Under the pieces are notes generated by a model that had not been told where the DNA came from, did no database searches, and saw only the letters and a program-made list of their open reading frames with translations. A program made the translations under genes and the position numbers. Shown here piece after piece: positions 38,704-48,364 of a stretch of DNA of 64,000 nt. This stretch comes from Candidatus Hydrogenedentota bacterium (GTDB taxonomy: Bacteria; Hydrogenedentota; Hydrogenedentia; Hydrogenedentales; SLHB01). Within the stretch, counting starts at the first letter, position 1; every line of letters starts with the position of its first letter. The stretch is from assembly GCA_963674865.2 (NCBI GenBank), contig CAXXYE010000002.1, positions 32,001 to 96,000 of the forward strand, given 5' to 3'.

Positions 38704-38776
38704 ACAGGACGGCGCTGGATGATGTATTTGCCCAATTGGTAAGGCGAGATGCGTTGGGCTAGGTGAGGAAGCGAGG

Positions 38777-39457
38777 ATGAAGGACACACGACAGACGCTA
38801 CTTGAGAGCGCGTGCAGGATATTCGCTCAGAAGGGGTTTCACGAGGCGAACGTCGCGGAGATCTGCAAGCGTGCGAAGGCCAACATCGCGGCGATCAACT
38901 ACCACTTCGGCGGGAAGAAGCTCCTATATATGGAGGTCCTGCACCACGCGGCAGAGGTCGCCGATCGTGAATTCCCTCTCATTTGCAGGGATTTGGGAAT
39001 TGCTCCCGAGGAGCGTCTGCACCGGTTCATCCGGGCGCAGTTTGATCGCGGATCCTGCAAGGGATTGGCAGGGTGCTTCGACCGGCTGGTGGTGCACGAG
39101 ATGATCAATCCGAGTTTCGCGCATGGCGCCCTTTTCAACAAGCAGATGCGGCCTCGGCGTGAGTACCTGTTCGCGCTGGTGCGGGAGCTGTTGCCGTCCG
39201 GTGCGAGCGAACACCACGTGCGGATATGTACGCATCACGTGGTGGGCCTCTTTGCGTTTCACCATTTTCACGAGGCGCTTCGTGTGCGACACAGGCGGAT
39301 GAAGCTTCCGCCTAAGCCGCCTAAGCCACCAGCGCCTTCGGAAATGGCGCGGCACGCGACGGTCTTTGCCCTTGGCGGCATTCAGGCCATTTCCCAGCAG
39401 GTGCTGAATGAAGACAGCGCCTCGGAGGGCGATGTGCGGGAAGAAGGAACGTCGTAA
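38777..39457 (+). CDS. TetR-family regulator (CecR/DUF1956-like)
   Basis: LLESACRIFAQKGF...EICKRAKANIAAINYHFGGKKLLY. Confidence 0.92.
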   Translation: MKDTRQTLLESACRIFAQKGFHEANVAEICKRAKANIAAINYHFGGKKLLYMEVLHHAAEVADREFPLICRDLGIAPEERLHRFIRAQFDRGSCKGLAGCFDRLVVHEMINPSFAHGALFNKQMRPRREYLFALVRELLPSGASEHHVRICTHHVVGLFAFHHFHEALRVRHRRMKLPPKPPKPPAPSEMARHATVFALGGIQAISQQVLNEDSASEGDVREEGTS

Positions 39458-41028
39458 TGAAGATTGCTTCCATGAATCTCACGGGCGTGGCCTTGGCGGG
39501 GCTGGCCTGTTTGTTGACATCTTGCGCCACGTTTGCGCCTCCCGAGCGCGGTGCGGAGGACGGCCGGCCGCCGGATGCGTTTACCTTGTATGAGAGCACC
39601 GCGCCTTCACCGGAGCGCTGGTGGGAGAGCTTCGATTGTGAGGAACTGAACCGGTTTGTGGAGGCGGGCCTGGATGGGAACCTCTCGCTCCAGCAGGTGT
39701 ATGCGCGCTTGAGGCAGGCGGAGATGGTGGCTCGCCAGACGGGCGCACTCCGTTGGCCGGAGGCAGACTACTCCGGGGGGGCCTCGACCACTCGTTCCCG
39801 AACAGATACGGGGGGCTTGAGCACGGCGGCGAAACTGAATGCAGCCAGCACGAGAGTGCAGCAGGCGGAGCAATTGATGCAAGGCGTGGCGGCCCTGCCG
39901 TCGGCGCCGCTGGCAGGCCTTACGCAAGCCGGGGGCGCCCTGGATGGATTGGCCACTGACACCACGTCGGCAACGGACACTTCGACTACTGAATCGTACA
40001 ATCTCGGGCTCACCGGGAGTTGGGAAATCGACCTTTGGGGACGTGTCCGCGCGGAACGCCAAGCGGCGATGCTTGACGTCGAGACGTCCAAGGAAGACCT
40101 CTACGCGGCTATGTTGAGTCTCTCGGGCACGGTTGTGCTTCAGTGGCTCGATGTTGTGGCCGCACGGCAGGCATTGGCGCTCATCGAAGAGCAGCGAGCC
40201 CTCAACGACACCTATCTCGAACTCATCGAGCTGCGTTATCGGAAAGGAATGGCCACGGCGCTCGATGTGTACCAGCAGCGTCAGATTGTCGCGCAGACGG
40301 AAGCGCTTGTCCCGTCCACCGAGGCTTCGCTCGAAACGGCGCGCCACGAACTTGCGGTGCTCCTCGGCCAGGCGCCCCGGGCGGGCTTGGGTGTCGAGGC
40401 TGCCTCATTGCCAGCCATAGGGTCCCTCCCTGAGCCGGGCGTGCCGGCCGATTTACTGGCGCGCCGGCCGGATGTCCGTTCGGCGGGACTCCAGTTGCGT
40501 GCGGCGGATTGGCTGGTAAGTGCGGCGCGAGCGGATCGGTTGCCTTCGGTGACGTTGACGGCCTCGGCCAGTTACGAGTCGGGCGAATGGGAGCTGCTTT
40601 TCGACAATTGGATGGCCACGCTGGCGGGGAGTCTGACGGGCCCGATCTTCGATGCGGGCAAACGTAAGGCGGAGGTGGCCCGCACGCGCGCGGTCGTCGA
40701 TGAGTATCTGGCCGCGTACCGCGAGAGTGTGCTTGGGGCGGTGCAGGAAGTGGAAGACGCGATGTTCCAGGAGGTCAAGCAGGGGGAATACATCGCGGCG
40801 CTGAAGCGCCAGCTTGAAGCGGTTCGCAAGACTCACGAGCAGGCTCTCCAGCGGTATCAGAAGGGTATGGATGATTACCTGCCCGTGCTTCAGGCTTTGT
40901 CGGATCTGCAGGTTCTGGAACGCACCTTGGTTCAGGCTCAATTGGATCATCTCATTTACCGGGTGCAGTTGTGCCTTGCTCTCGGTGGCACATGGATGAA
41001 AGAAGAGCTTCTGGCTCCGGAGGAATAG
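39457..41028 (+). CDS. Outer-membrane efflux lipoprotein (NodT/TolC family)
   Basis: Lipobox LTSC, WWESF, SWEIDLWGRVR, LLARRPDV, PIFDAG, LALGG. Confidence 0.93.
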   Translation: MKIASMNLTGVALAGLACLLTSCATFAPPERGAEDGRPPDAFTLYESTAPSPERWWESFDCEELNRFVEAGLDGNLSLQQVYARLRQAEMVARQTGALRWPEADYSGGASTTRSRTDTGGLSTAAKLNAASTRVQQAEQLMQGVAALPSAPLAGLTQAGGALDGLATDTTSATDTSTTESYNLGLTGSWEIDLWGRVRAERQAAMLDVETSKEDLYAAMLSLSGTVVLQWLDVVAARQALALIEEQRALNDTYLELIELRYRKGMATALDVYQQRQIVAQTEALVPSTEASLETARHELAVLLGQAPRAGLGVEAASLPAIGSLPEPGVPADLLARRPDVRSAGLQLRAADWLVSAARADRLPSVTLTASASYESGEWELLFDNWMATLAGSLTGPIFDAGKRKAEVARTRAVVDEYLAAYRESVLGAVQEVEDAMFQEVKQGEYIAALKRQLEAVRKTHEQALQRYQKGMDDYLPVLQALSDLQVLERTLVQAQLDHLIYRVQLCLALGGTWMKEELLAPEE

Positions 41029-41032
41029 ACGG

Positions 41033-42277
41033 ATGGCATCACAGAACAAAGGTCTCGTGGGCGTATTGCGTGGCATGATCCTGACGATCGTGGCGTTGGC
41101 GTTGCTTCTCGTGGGCGTAGCCGGTTCCCTGTACTTGATGAAGACGGGCCCCAAGGCCCAGCGCAGGCGTCCAGAGGATACCACTACGCTTGTCGAGGCG
41201 AAGCTGCTCCAGGCGGAATCGCGCCAGGTTGCGGTGTCGGCGCGGGGCACGGTGATTGCGGCAAACGAGGTCACGCTCCAACCGCAGGTAAGCGGGGAGG
41301 TCACCGAGATTCATCCGAACTTCCTCGAAGGGGGCGTGGTGAAGGCGGGCGAGGTGCTCGTGCGCATCGAGCCGAGAGACTATGAGTTGGCCGTCGTGGT
41401 CCAGGAGGAGCAGCTGGAAACAGCGCGCTATGAGTACAAGGCCGAGCAGGGCCAGCAGGATGTTGCGCGGCGCGAGTGGGAACTCCTCGCGGTGAAAGAT
41501 GCCTCGGAACTGGATCGGGAACTGGCCCTTCGTCAGCCCCAGTTGCGCCAGAAAAAGGCCGGCTTACGCGCCGCGGAGGCGTCACTCGAACAGGCCCGTC
41601 TGGACCTCGAGCGTACGGCGATCAAGGCGCCGTGCAACGGCATCATCCTGGAGGCCTCCGTGGACGTAGGCGATATGGCCACCACACAAACGACCCTGGG
41701 CACCCTCGTAGGTACGGACACGTATTGGGTGCAGGCCTCGGTTCCGGTGGACAAGCTCAAGTGGATTGTACTCCCGCACGGTAGTGGCGGTGCCGGCTCC
41801 CAAGCGCGCGTGTATGCCGGAACGGGAGGGGTGCGGGAAGGCCGGGTGCTTTCGTTGCTAGGCGACCTCGAGCCGGAGGGGCGGATGGCCAGGATCCTGG
41901 TCGAAGTGTCGGATCCGCTCGCGTTGGGCGGAGGGGGCGTCTCGAATGTCCTGCTCCTGGGTGAATACGTGCGTGTTGAGATAGAGGGCCGGCGTGTCGA
42001 CGGCGTGTTTGCTGTTGCGAGAGACGCGCTTCGGGATGGGCACAAAGTGTGGCTGGCTGGCCCGGATAGCACGCTCCAGATCCGCGATGCGGAGATTGTT
42101 TGGGCGGATGAAGCGACGGCTTTATTGCGCGGCCTTTCGGATGGCGAGCGTATGATTGTGTCGGATATCGCCGCTCCGGTTGAAGGTATGGCCCTTGACG
42201 TGCGAGAGGGGGCCGCCGAAGGCGTTGAGGAGGTCTCGCAGGACGTCGGCGCTGCCGCCGCGGAGGAGGCCGCATAA
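41033..42277 (+). CDS. RND efflux periplasmic adaptor (MFP)
   Basis: N-terminal TM, PQVSGEV, GEVLVRIEPRDY, helical hairpin, RTAIKAP.NG. Confidence 0.92.
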   Translation: MASQNKGLVGVLRGMILTIVALALLLVGVAGSLYLMKTGPKAQRRRPEDTTTLVEAKLLQAESRQVAVSARGTVIAANEVTLQPQVSGEVTEIHPNFLEGGVVKAGEVLVRIEPRDYELAVVVQEEQLETARYEYKAEQGQQDVARREWELLAVKDASELDRELALRQPQLRQKKAGLRAAEASLEQARLDLERTAIKAPCNGIILEASVDVGDMATTQTTLGTLVGTDTYWVQASVPVDKLKWIVLPHGSGGAGSQARVYAGTGGVREGRVLSLLGDLEPEGRMARILVEVSDPLALGGGGVSNVLLLGEYVRVEIEGRRVDGVFAVARDALRDGHKVWLAGPDSTLQIRDAEIVWADEATALLRGLSDGERMIVSDIAAPVEGMALDVREGAAEGVEEVSQDVGAAAAEEAA

Positions 42278-45200
42278 TGGAGATCAGACGTCAAAGAGGG
42301 CCTATCGCATGGATGGCCCAGCATTCGGTGGCCGCCAACTTGATCCTCCTGTTCTGTCTGGTGGGGGGGTACCTCGCTCTACACATGATTCAGAAGGAAG
42401 TGTTTCCGGACATCACCCGCGATATTGTCACGGTAAGTGTCTCCTATCCGGGGGCAAGTCCGGAGGAAGTTGAGCAAGGCATTATCCTGGCGGTCGAGGA
42501 GGCCGTTCGTGGCCTCGATGGCGTGTACCAGGTGGAATCATCGGCTGCCGAAGGAAACGGCACCGTCGAGATCGAAATGATCGAGGGCGGCGATCTGCAG
42601 AAGCTTGCCCAAGATGTGCAGAGTGAGGTGGATCGTATCACCACGCTACCGGAGGATGCCGAGGAGCCGCAGGTATCGGTGGCTTCAAGGAAGCACGATG
42701 TCCTGAGCATTGTCGTGTACGGGAAGGTGGAGGACACCGTCCTGCACGAACTGGGTGAACAGATACGCGATCAGATGTTGCAGGATCCGGATATCACGCA
42801 AGTCGAAGTCTCCGGTCTGCCGTCCCTGGAAATCAGCATCGAAGTCCCACAGGCGAAGTTGCGCGAGTATGGCTTGACGCTCAGCGAAATCGCCTCACGC
42901 CTCAGTGATTCCTCGGTGGAGCTTCCCGGCGGGGGCATCAAGACGCAGGGAGGCGAGATTCTCCTGCGCGTGAAGGAGCGGCGGGACTATGGGCGGCAGT
43001 TTGCCCTGACGCCTATCATCACCACCAGGGATGGCAGTGAGGTCCTGCTCGGAGAGATTGCGACCATCCACGATGGATTCGAAGATACGGATCGGTGGGC
43101 GCTATATAACGGCAAGCCGGCTATCATGGTGCGGGTGTACCGCATCGGGAAGCAGACACCGACGCAGGTGGAGAGCGCGGCACTGCGCCAGATGGCGGAC
43201 ATCAAGGAAACGCTGCCGCCGGGCATAGGCGTTGATGTGCTCCACAATATGGCGGATGTCTACCGGCAGCGGGCGCATTTGCTCGTGCGAAACGGGCTTT
43301 TCGGCCTTGTCCTGGTGTTTGTGATGCTGGGGCTTTTCCTGGAACTGCGCTTGGCCTTCTGGGTCATGATGGGTATCCCGACCTCGTTTCTAGGCTCTCT
43401 CCTCTTCTTGCCCTCGATGGATGTCAGTATCAATATGATATCGATGTTCGCCTACATCATCGCTCTGGGCATTGTCGTGGACGATGCCATCGTTGTCGGC
43501 GAGAACATCTATTACCACCACCAGCAAGGAAAGCGCTTTCTCGAAGCGGCCATTCTTGGGGCGCGCGAACTGGCGGTCCCCGTGACCTTCAGCATTCTCA
43601 CCAATATCGTGACATTTATGCCGCTCTACTTCATTCCCGGGACGATGGGCAAGATATTCAAGGTTATCCCGGTGGTGGTGGGTACTGTCTTTCTAATATC
43701 CCTGCTGGAATCCGTCTTTGTGCTGCCATCGCACTTGGGACACCACAAAGAGCGTCGGCGCCGCGGCATCAACCGGTGGCTTCACTCAGCACAGCAGCGT
43801 TTCGGGCGTGGGTTCACGCGGGCAACGCAGGTTGTCTTTGGCCCGACTCTCGATTTCGTCCTGAAACGCCGGTATGTGGTGGTAGCGGGCGCGGCGTGCC
43901 TCTTTTTGCTGACGGTTGGGTATGCGGCGAGTGGGCGCATGGGATTTGGGCTGTTTCCGAGGGTGGAATCGGACTTCGGGCGGGCCGCTATTGAGCTGTC
44001 CTACGGCTCCGCCGTCGAGAAGACGGAGGCCATTCTGAAGAAGATATACGCAGGGGCGGAGAAGGTGATTGCGGACTGTGGCCGTCCGGAACTCGTCCAG
44101 GGGATCTACGAAGATATCGGCAATGGCGGCAGTCACTCCGGCTACATCCAGGTCTACCTGGCCGACGCCGACGTCCGTGACGAGATCATGAGTACGCAGG
44201 AGTTCGTGCGCCGGTGGCGCGAGGCCGTGGGACCCTTGATGGGCGTGGATACGGTGGATTTCTCTTCGGACTTTGGCGGGCCGGGCCATGGCGCGGCACT
44301 TACGGTAGAACTAAGCCACCGGAAGATGAGCGTGCTGGAGGCGGCGGGGAGTGATCTTGCCGGTATGCTTGCCACGTATCCGTTGTGCAAGGATATTGAT
44401 GACGGGTTTCAGCCCGGCAAACAGCAGATCGATTTCAAGATTAAGCCAGAGGGGAAGAGCCTTGGCTTGACAGCGCAATACGTGGCGCGCCAGGTGCGGA
44501 GCGCCTTCTACGGCGCGGAGGCCTTGCGGCAGCAGCGTGGCCGGAGCGAGGTGAAGATCATGGCGCGCCTGCCGGAGAAGGAGCGCGCTTCCGAGCAGAA
44601 TCTCGATGATTTGATATTGCTTACCAGCGATGGCGTCGAGGTGCCTCTACGTGAGGTAGTCGAAATGACGCGTGGCCGCGCGTATACGACGATTGAGCGG
44701 CGCAATGGGCGCCGTGTGGTGCAGGTGACGGCAGACGTGGCGCCTCGGGAAAAGTCCCTCGAGGTGCAGAATGAACTTGTGGCCACGGAGTTGCCTGAGC
44801 TTATGTACAAATATCCCGGCTTGAGTTACAGCTTTGAAGGGCATCAGGCCGACATGCGCGATAGTATGGCGAGTTTGAAGATAGGTTTCGCCATAGCGCT
44901 GCTCGCGATTTTCGGTTTGTTGGCCATACCGTTCCGGAGCTATAGCCAGCCGCTTATCATCATGGTGAGCATACCGTTCGGCATTATCGGCGCGGTGTTG
45001 GGGCATCTGATCATGGGGTTTTCGCTTTCCGTGATCAGCATGTTCGGTATCGTGGCGTTGTCCGGCGTGGTCGTGAATGACGCGCTGGTATTGATCGATG
45101 CGGCGAACCGGCGTCGCAGGGGGGAGGGCATGTCGTGCCACGAGGCGGTCATGAATGCGGCGATCCAGCGTTTTCGCCCGATCCTGTTGACGACGGCGAC

Positions 45201-45453
45201 GACGTTTTGCGGCCTGGCGCCGATGATCTTTGAGACGTCGATTCAAGCTCAGATGATGATTCCCATGGCCATCTCCCTCGGATTTGGGATCGTTTTCGCG
45301 ACGCTTATTACGCTGCTTCTGATACCGTGTCTGTACCTGGTGGATGAGGATGTGCGGCGCATGTTGACGTGGCTGCGCGGCGGCGATGCGAAGGCGTCGG
45401 AAGGTCCGGCATCGGCCACGGAGGCGGCATCCGTACTGGATTCCGCGAAATGA
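42277..45453 (+). CDS. RND efflux transporter permease (AcrB/AcrD/AcrF family)
   Basis: YPGASPEEVE, GIVVDDAIVVGEN, GVVVND, RFRPILLT; 1058 aa. Confidence 0.95.
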   Translation: MEIRRQRGPIAWMAQHSVAANLILLFCLVGGYLALHMIQKEVFPDITRDIVTVSVSYPGASPEEVEQGIILAVEEAVRGLDGVYQVESSAAEGNGTVEIEMIEGGDLQKLAQDVQSEVDRITTLPEDAEEPQVSVASRKHDVLSIVVYGKVEDTVLHELGEQIRDQMLQDPDITQVEVSGLPSLEISIEVPQAKLREYGLTLSEIASRLSDSSVELPGGGIKTQGGEILLRVKERRDYGRQFALTPIITTRDGSEVLLGEIATIHDGFEDTDRWALYNGKPAIMVRVYRIGKQTPTQVESAALRQMADIKETLPPGIGVDVLHNMADVYRQRAHLLVRNGLFGLVLVFVMLGLFLELRLAFWVMMGIPTSFLGSLLFLPSMDVSINMISMFAYIIALGIVVDDAIVVGENIYYHHQQGKRFLEAAILGARELAVPVTFSILTNIVTFMPLYFIPGTMGKIFKVIPVVVGTVFLISLLESVFVLPSHLGHHKERRRRGINRWLHSAQQRFGRGFTRATQVVFGPTLDFVLKRRYVVVAGAACLFLLTVGYAASGRMGFGLFPRVESDFGRAAIELSYGSAVEKTEAILKKIYAGAEKVIADCGRPELVQGIYEDIGNGGSHSGYIQVYLADADVRDEIMSTQEFVRRWREAVGPLMGVDTVDFSSDFGGPGHGAALTVELSHRKMSVLEAAGSDLAGMLATYPLCKDIDDGFQPGKQQIDFKIKPEGKSLGLTAQYVARQVRSAFYGAEALRQQRGRSEVKIMARLPEKERASEQNLDDLILLTSDGVEVPLREVVEMTRGRAYTTIERRNGRRVVQVTADVAPREKSLEVQNELVATELPELMYKYPGLSYSFEGHQADMRDSMASLKIGFAIALLAIFGLLAIPFRSYSQPLIIMVSIPFGIIGAVLGHLIMGFSLSVISMFGIVALSGVVVNDALVLIDAANRRRRGEGMSCHEAVMNAAIQRFRPILLTTATTFCGLAPMIFETSIQAQMMIPMAISLGFGIVFATLITLLLIPCLYLVDEDVRRMLTWLRGGDAKASEGPASATEAASVLDSAK

Positions 45454-45983
45454 TGGAGCCGTCCCAACTGGCCATATTCATCGGGGCCGCCGTGGTTTTT
45501 ATCCTGGCACGCGGCCCGGATATCGTCTTCGTTGTTACACAAGGCATTTCCCATGGGCGCCGGGCGGGCATCATCACCGCGCGCGGCGTGAGCGCGGGCA
45601 ACCTGGTGCACACGACGGCGGCGGCCTTCGGGTTGTCCGTTGTGTTCCGGGTGTCCGTGGTTGCGTTTACCGCGCTCAAGGTGTTGGGAGTGGCGTACCT
45701 TCTCTATCTTGCGTGGAAGACTATCCGGCATAGAAGGGATGGTTGGGCCGTCGGCCCGGCGGATGGGCCGGAGAGGGGGCCCGTCGCGGCCCAGATGGCT
45801 TTGCTTGGCTTGGTATTCGCCATTCTCGTAATGGTGATCTTCGGCTGTGCCGGGGCGTTCTCGGGGGCCGTGGGAGCTTCCGTTAGAAGCAGGGCGGGTG
45901 AGCGAGTTGCCGCGGCGTTGGCTTGGGTGGTGGCGGGTGTGTACGTTGCCATCGGCGGTCGGTTGGCGTTTCTCCGTCAGTAA
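45450..45983 (+). CDS. LysE/RhtB-family exporter, apparently internally deleted (possible pseudogene)
   Basis: xGPD...G.RAG...G...G..VH...AAFGL and K..G.AYL.YLAW present; the central N..NPK...FF...PQF segment is absent. Confidence 0.7.
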   Translation: MMEPSQLAIFIGAAVVFILARGPDIVFVVTQGISHGRRAGIITARGVSAGNLVHTTAAAFGLSVVFRVSVVAFTALKVLGVAYLLYLAWKTIRHRRDGWAVGPADGPERGPVAAQMALLGLVFAILVMVIFGCAGAFSGAVGASVRSRAGERVAAALAWVVAGVYVAIGGRLAFLRQ

Positions 45984-46030
45984 TGGCCATAGCCGGGCTT
46001 CCTTTCCTGAGGGATACATAGAAGAGGTTT

Positions 46031-47377
46031 ATGAAGCGCACTACGGCGAAACTTACGGAAGGGTCGGTTGCCCGGCGGCTAACGGCGCTAGCGGTGCCGA
46101 TGCTCGGCGGCACCTTCGCGATGACGGCGTTCAATCTAACGGACACGTATTTTGTGTCGCGGCTTGGCACGCTTCCGCTGGCCGCCATGGGTTTCACCTT
46201 CCCGGTTGTCATGTTTGTCACCAGCATCGCCCACGGCTTGGGGATGGGGGCGACGGCCGTGGTGTCGCAGGTTCTCGGCGAAGGGGATCACGCGCAGGCG
46301 CGGCGCATCGCGACGCACAGCCTGATCCTTGCCTCGCTGGTCGTCATCGCGATGTCCGTCATCGGCCTTGTGAGCATGGGGCCTGTATTCCGGATGCTCG
46401 GGGCTTCCGATGAGGTGTTGCCGCTGGTTCATGAGTTCATGCTCATTTGGTATTCGGGGATTGTCGTTGTAGTCATTCCCATGATGGCGAACGGCATTAT
46501 CCGATCGGCGGGGGATGCTGTGTTTCCGAGCGCCCTCATGGTGTTCGGCTCGGTGCTGAACGTGATCCTCGATCCGATCATGATCTTCGGTTTGTTCGGT
46601 TTTCCGCGTCTCGGGCTGCGCGGCGCGGCGCTCGCGACGGTGCTGGCGCGCGCCGTGACGCTGGTTGTGACGCTATACGTGCTGCACCGGCGGCATGGAC
46701 TTCTCGAACTGTCTGTTCCTCGAACTTCCGAGCTTTGGGCCTCGTGGCGGCGCGTGATGCACATCGGGATTCCCAGCAGCGCCACGAACCTGCTCCTGCC
46801 GATCTCGAGCGGGATTATCACGCGCATCGTGGCCGGATTCGGGGAGACGGCTGTCGCGGCGTGCGGCGCGGGGAGCCGCATCGAGATGTTCGCTTTCATG
46901 ATTCCGATGGCTTTGGGCGTGTCGCAGGTGCCGTTCATCGGACAGAACTGGGGCGCGGGGCGGATCGACCGCGTGAATCTCTGCCGGAAGTACAGTAATC
47001 GGTTTGCGCTCTACTGGGGCATCTGCTGTGCAGTGGCATTCATGCTGCTGTCGCATCGCATGGCCATGTTCTTCAGCCACGATGCGCGCGTGGTGGATAT
47101 CTTGACGCTGTACCTGTGTGTGATTCCGTTGGGATATGGCATGCGCGAAATCCATCGCTATGTCGGCTTCTCATTCAACGCCGTGGGGCGCCCGCTGAGT
47201 TCCGCGGGGATCAACGTGATTCGTATCGTGGGCCTGCTCATCCCGTGCACCTTCCTTGGCGCGCGGTTCTTCGGCCTGACGGGGGTGTTCTGGGGGACGG
47301 TGGCGGCCGACCTCACCTCTGCTTGTTTGGCCTTGCTCTGGGCGCGTCACCTGTTCCGCGGTCTTGAGAAGAGTTGA
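46031..47377 (+). CDS. MATE-family efflux transporter
   Basis: LTEGSV..L..LAVP, DTYFVSRLG..LAA, NVILDPIMIFG..G.RGAALAT, GQNWGAG. Confidence 0.94.
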   Translation: MKRTTAKLTEGSVARRLTALAVPMLGGTFAMTAFNLTDTYFVSRLGTLPLAAMGFTFPVVMFVTSIAHGLGMGATAVVSQVLGEGDHAQARRIATHSLILASLVVIAMSVIGLVSMGPVFRMLGASDEVLPLVHEFMLIWYSGIVVVVIPMMANGIIRSAGDAVFPSALMVFGSVLNVILDPIMIFGLFGFPRLGLRGAALATVLARAVTLVVTLYVLHRRHGLLELSVPRTSELWASWRRVMHIGIPSSATNLLLPISSGIITRIVAGFGETAVAACGAGSRIEMFAFMIPMALGVSQVPFIGQNWGAGRIDRVNLCRKYSNRFALYWGICCAVAFMLLSHRMAMFFSHDARVVDILTLYLCVIPLGYGMREIHRYVGFSFNAVGRPLSSAGINVIRIVGLLIPCTFLGARFFGLTGVFWGTVAADLTSACLALLWARHLFRGLEKS

Positions 47378-47435
47378 GGAAGAGCGAAGAGATCGATAGT
47401 GGCAGGAGCGGAGGGCGCATAGTGGTATGGGTTGG

Positions 47436-47527
47436 GCTGACGGTGTCTCATTCTCGCGGCGAAAATCAGGGACAGACACGTCTTCGCCCGCCTGAGGCGG
47501 ACTCCGCTTGCGTCAGTCCCCGTTTTT
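47436..47527. repeat. Second copy of the GGGACAG...CAGTCCC dispersed element
   Basis: Aligns with 13156-13248 including ~35 bp upstream of the palindrome; lies between convergent genes. Confidence 0.85.
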
Positions 47528-47575
47528 CGCCTGGTTCTGCCCGACGGTTCAGCGAGGGACTCGCGCGTCCTATGA

Positions 47576-48358
47576 CTATTCAACGAGGTGAAGCTCGCCG
47601 TATCCTTCGTGGTGGTGGTAGGAGGTGATGGGGAGCTTGGGGGTCATGGTGAGTTCGGGGCCGGAACAGGTGAGGTAGCGCGAGTAGTTGTAGCGCGCCA
47701 CGAGGATGCGCCAGGGCGTTTCCGGATCGAAGCGGTCGCCGTGGCGTGTGAGTTCGGCGATCGGTATGGCCATCTCGCCCGTCCAGGCTTTGTCCTTGTC
47801 GTGCCAGTCGTTGAGCGTGCCGTCGCACTTGGCGGCGACGTGGAGCTCCATCTCGTATTCGTCGGCACTGGGGAGGCCCAAGCGGCCTCGGCCGGGGAAC
47901 CAGAGATGGGTCTTGTGCTGGTGGGGGGTGACGTAGAGTTCCCAATACCAGGTGTTGGCGGGCGGCTTAAGGAAGAGTTCGGCGAGGTCGCCGGAGAGGT
48001 AGTGGTGGACTTGGTCCTTGTCGACTTCGGCGACGATGTCTGAGTCTTGGAACTTGACGGCCAGATAGAGGTTCTTGTCGTCCCAGGCCAGGCGGACTTC
48101 TCCGGGTTCCTGGAGCTGCAGGCCTTTTTCGATGCGGTCATCCGCGAGGGAGAGGGCGTACGCTTTGGCCTTTTGCCATACCGGCTCGTCGAGGGCGCCA
48201 TCGAGGGTTACCGGTGTGGACGTGTAGAGGGCCTCAATGATGGGCGGGGGGGCGTCGGCGCTCGTAGGCGCCTCTTCGGGCTCGGCGGCACTCCATCCGC
48301 AGAACAGGCCTACGCACGTGACGGCAATGGACCACAGCATCAGATTCCTCATGTCCAA
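47576..48358 (-). CDS. Secreted CBM9-like (sugar-binding DOMON-like) protein
   Basis: Signal peptide; LDGALDEPVW, LAWDDKNLYLA, DLAELFL, WTGEMAIP. Confidence 0.82.
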   Translation of the reverse strand: MDMRNLMLWSIAVTCVGLFCGWSAAEPEEAPTSADAPPPIIEALYTSTPVTLDGALDEPVWQKAKAYALSLADDRIEKGLQLQEPGEVRLAWDDKNLYLAVKFQDSDIVAEVDKDQVHHYLSGDLAELFLKPPANTWYWELYVTPHQHKTHLWFPGRGRLGLPSADEYEMELHVAAKCDGTLNDWHDKDKAWTGEMAIPIAELTRHGDRFDPETPWRILVARYNYSRYLTCSGPELTMTPKLPITSYHHHEGYGELHLVE

Positions 48359-48364
48359 GCTCCT

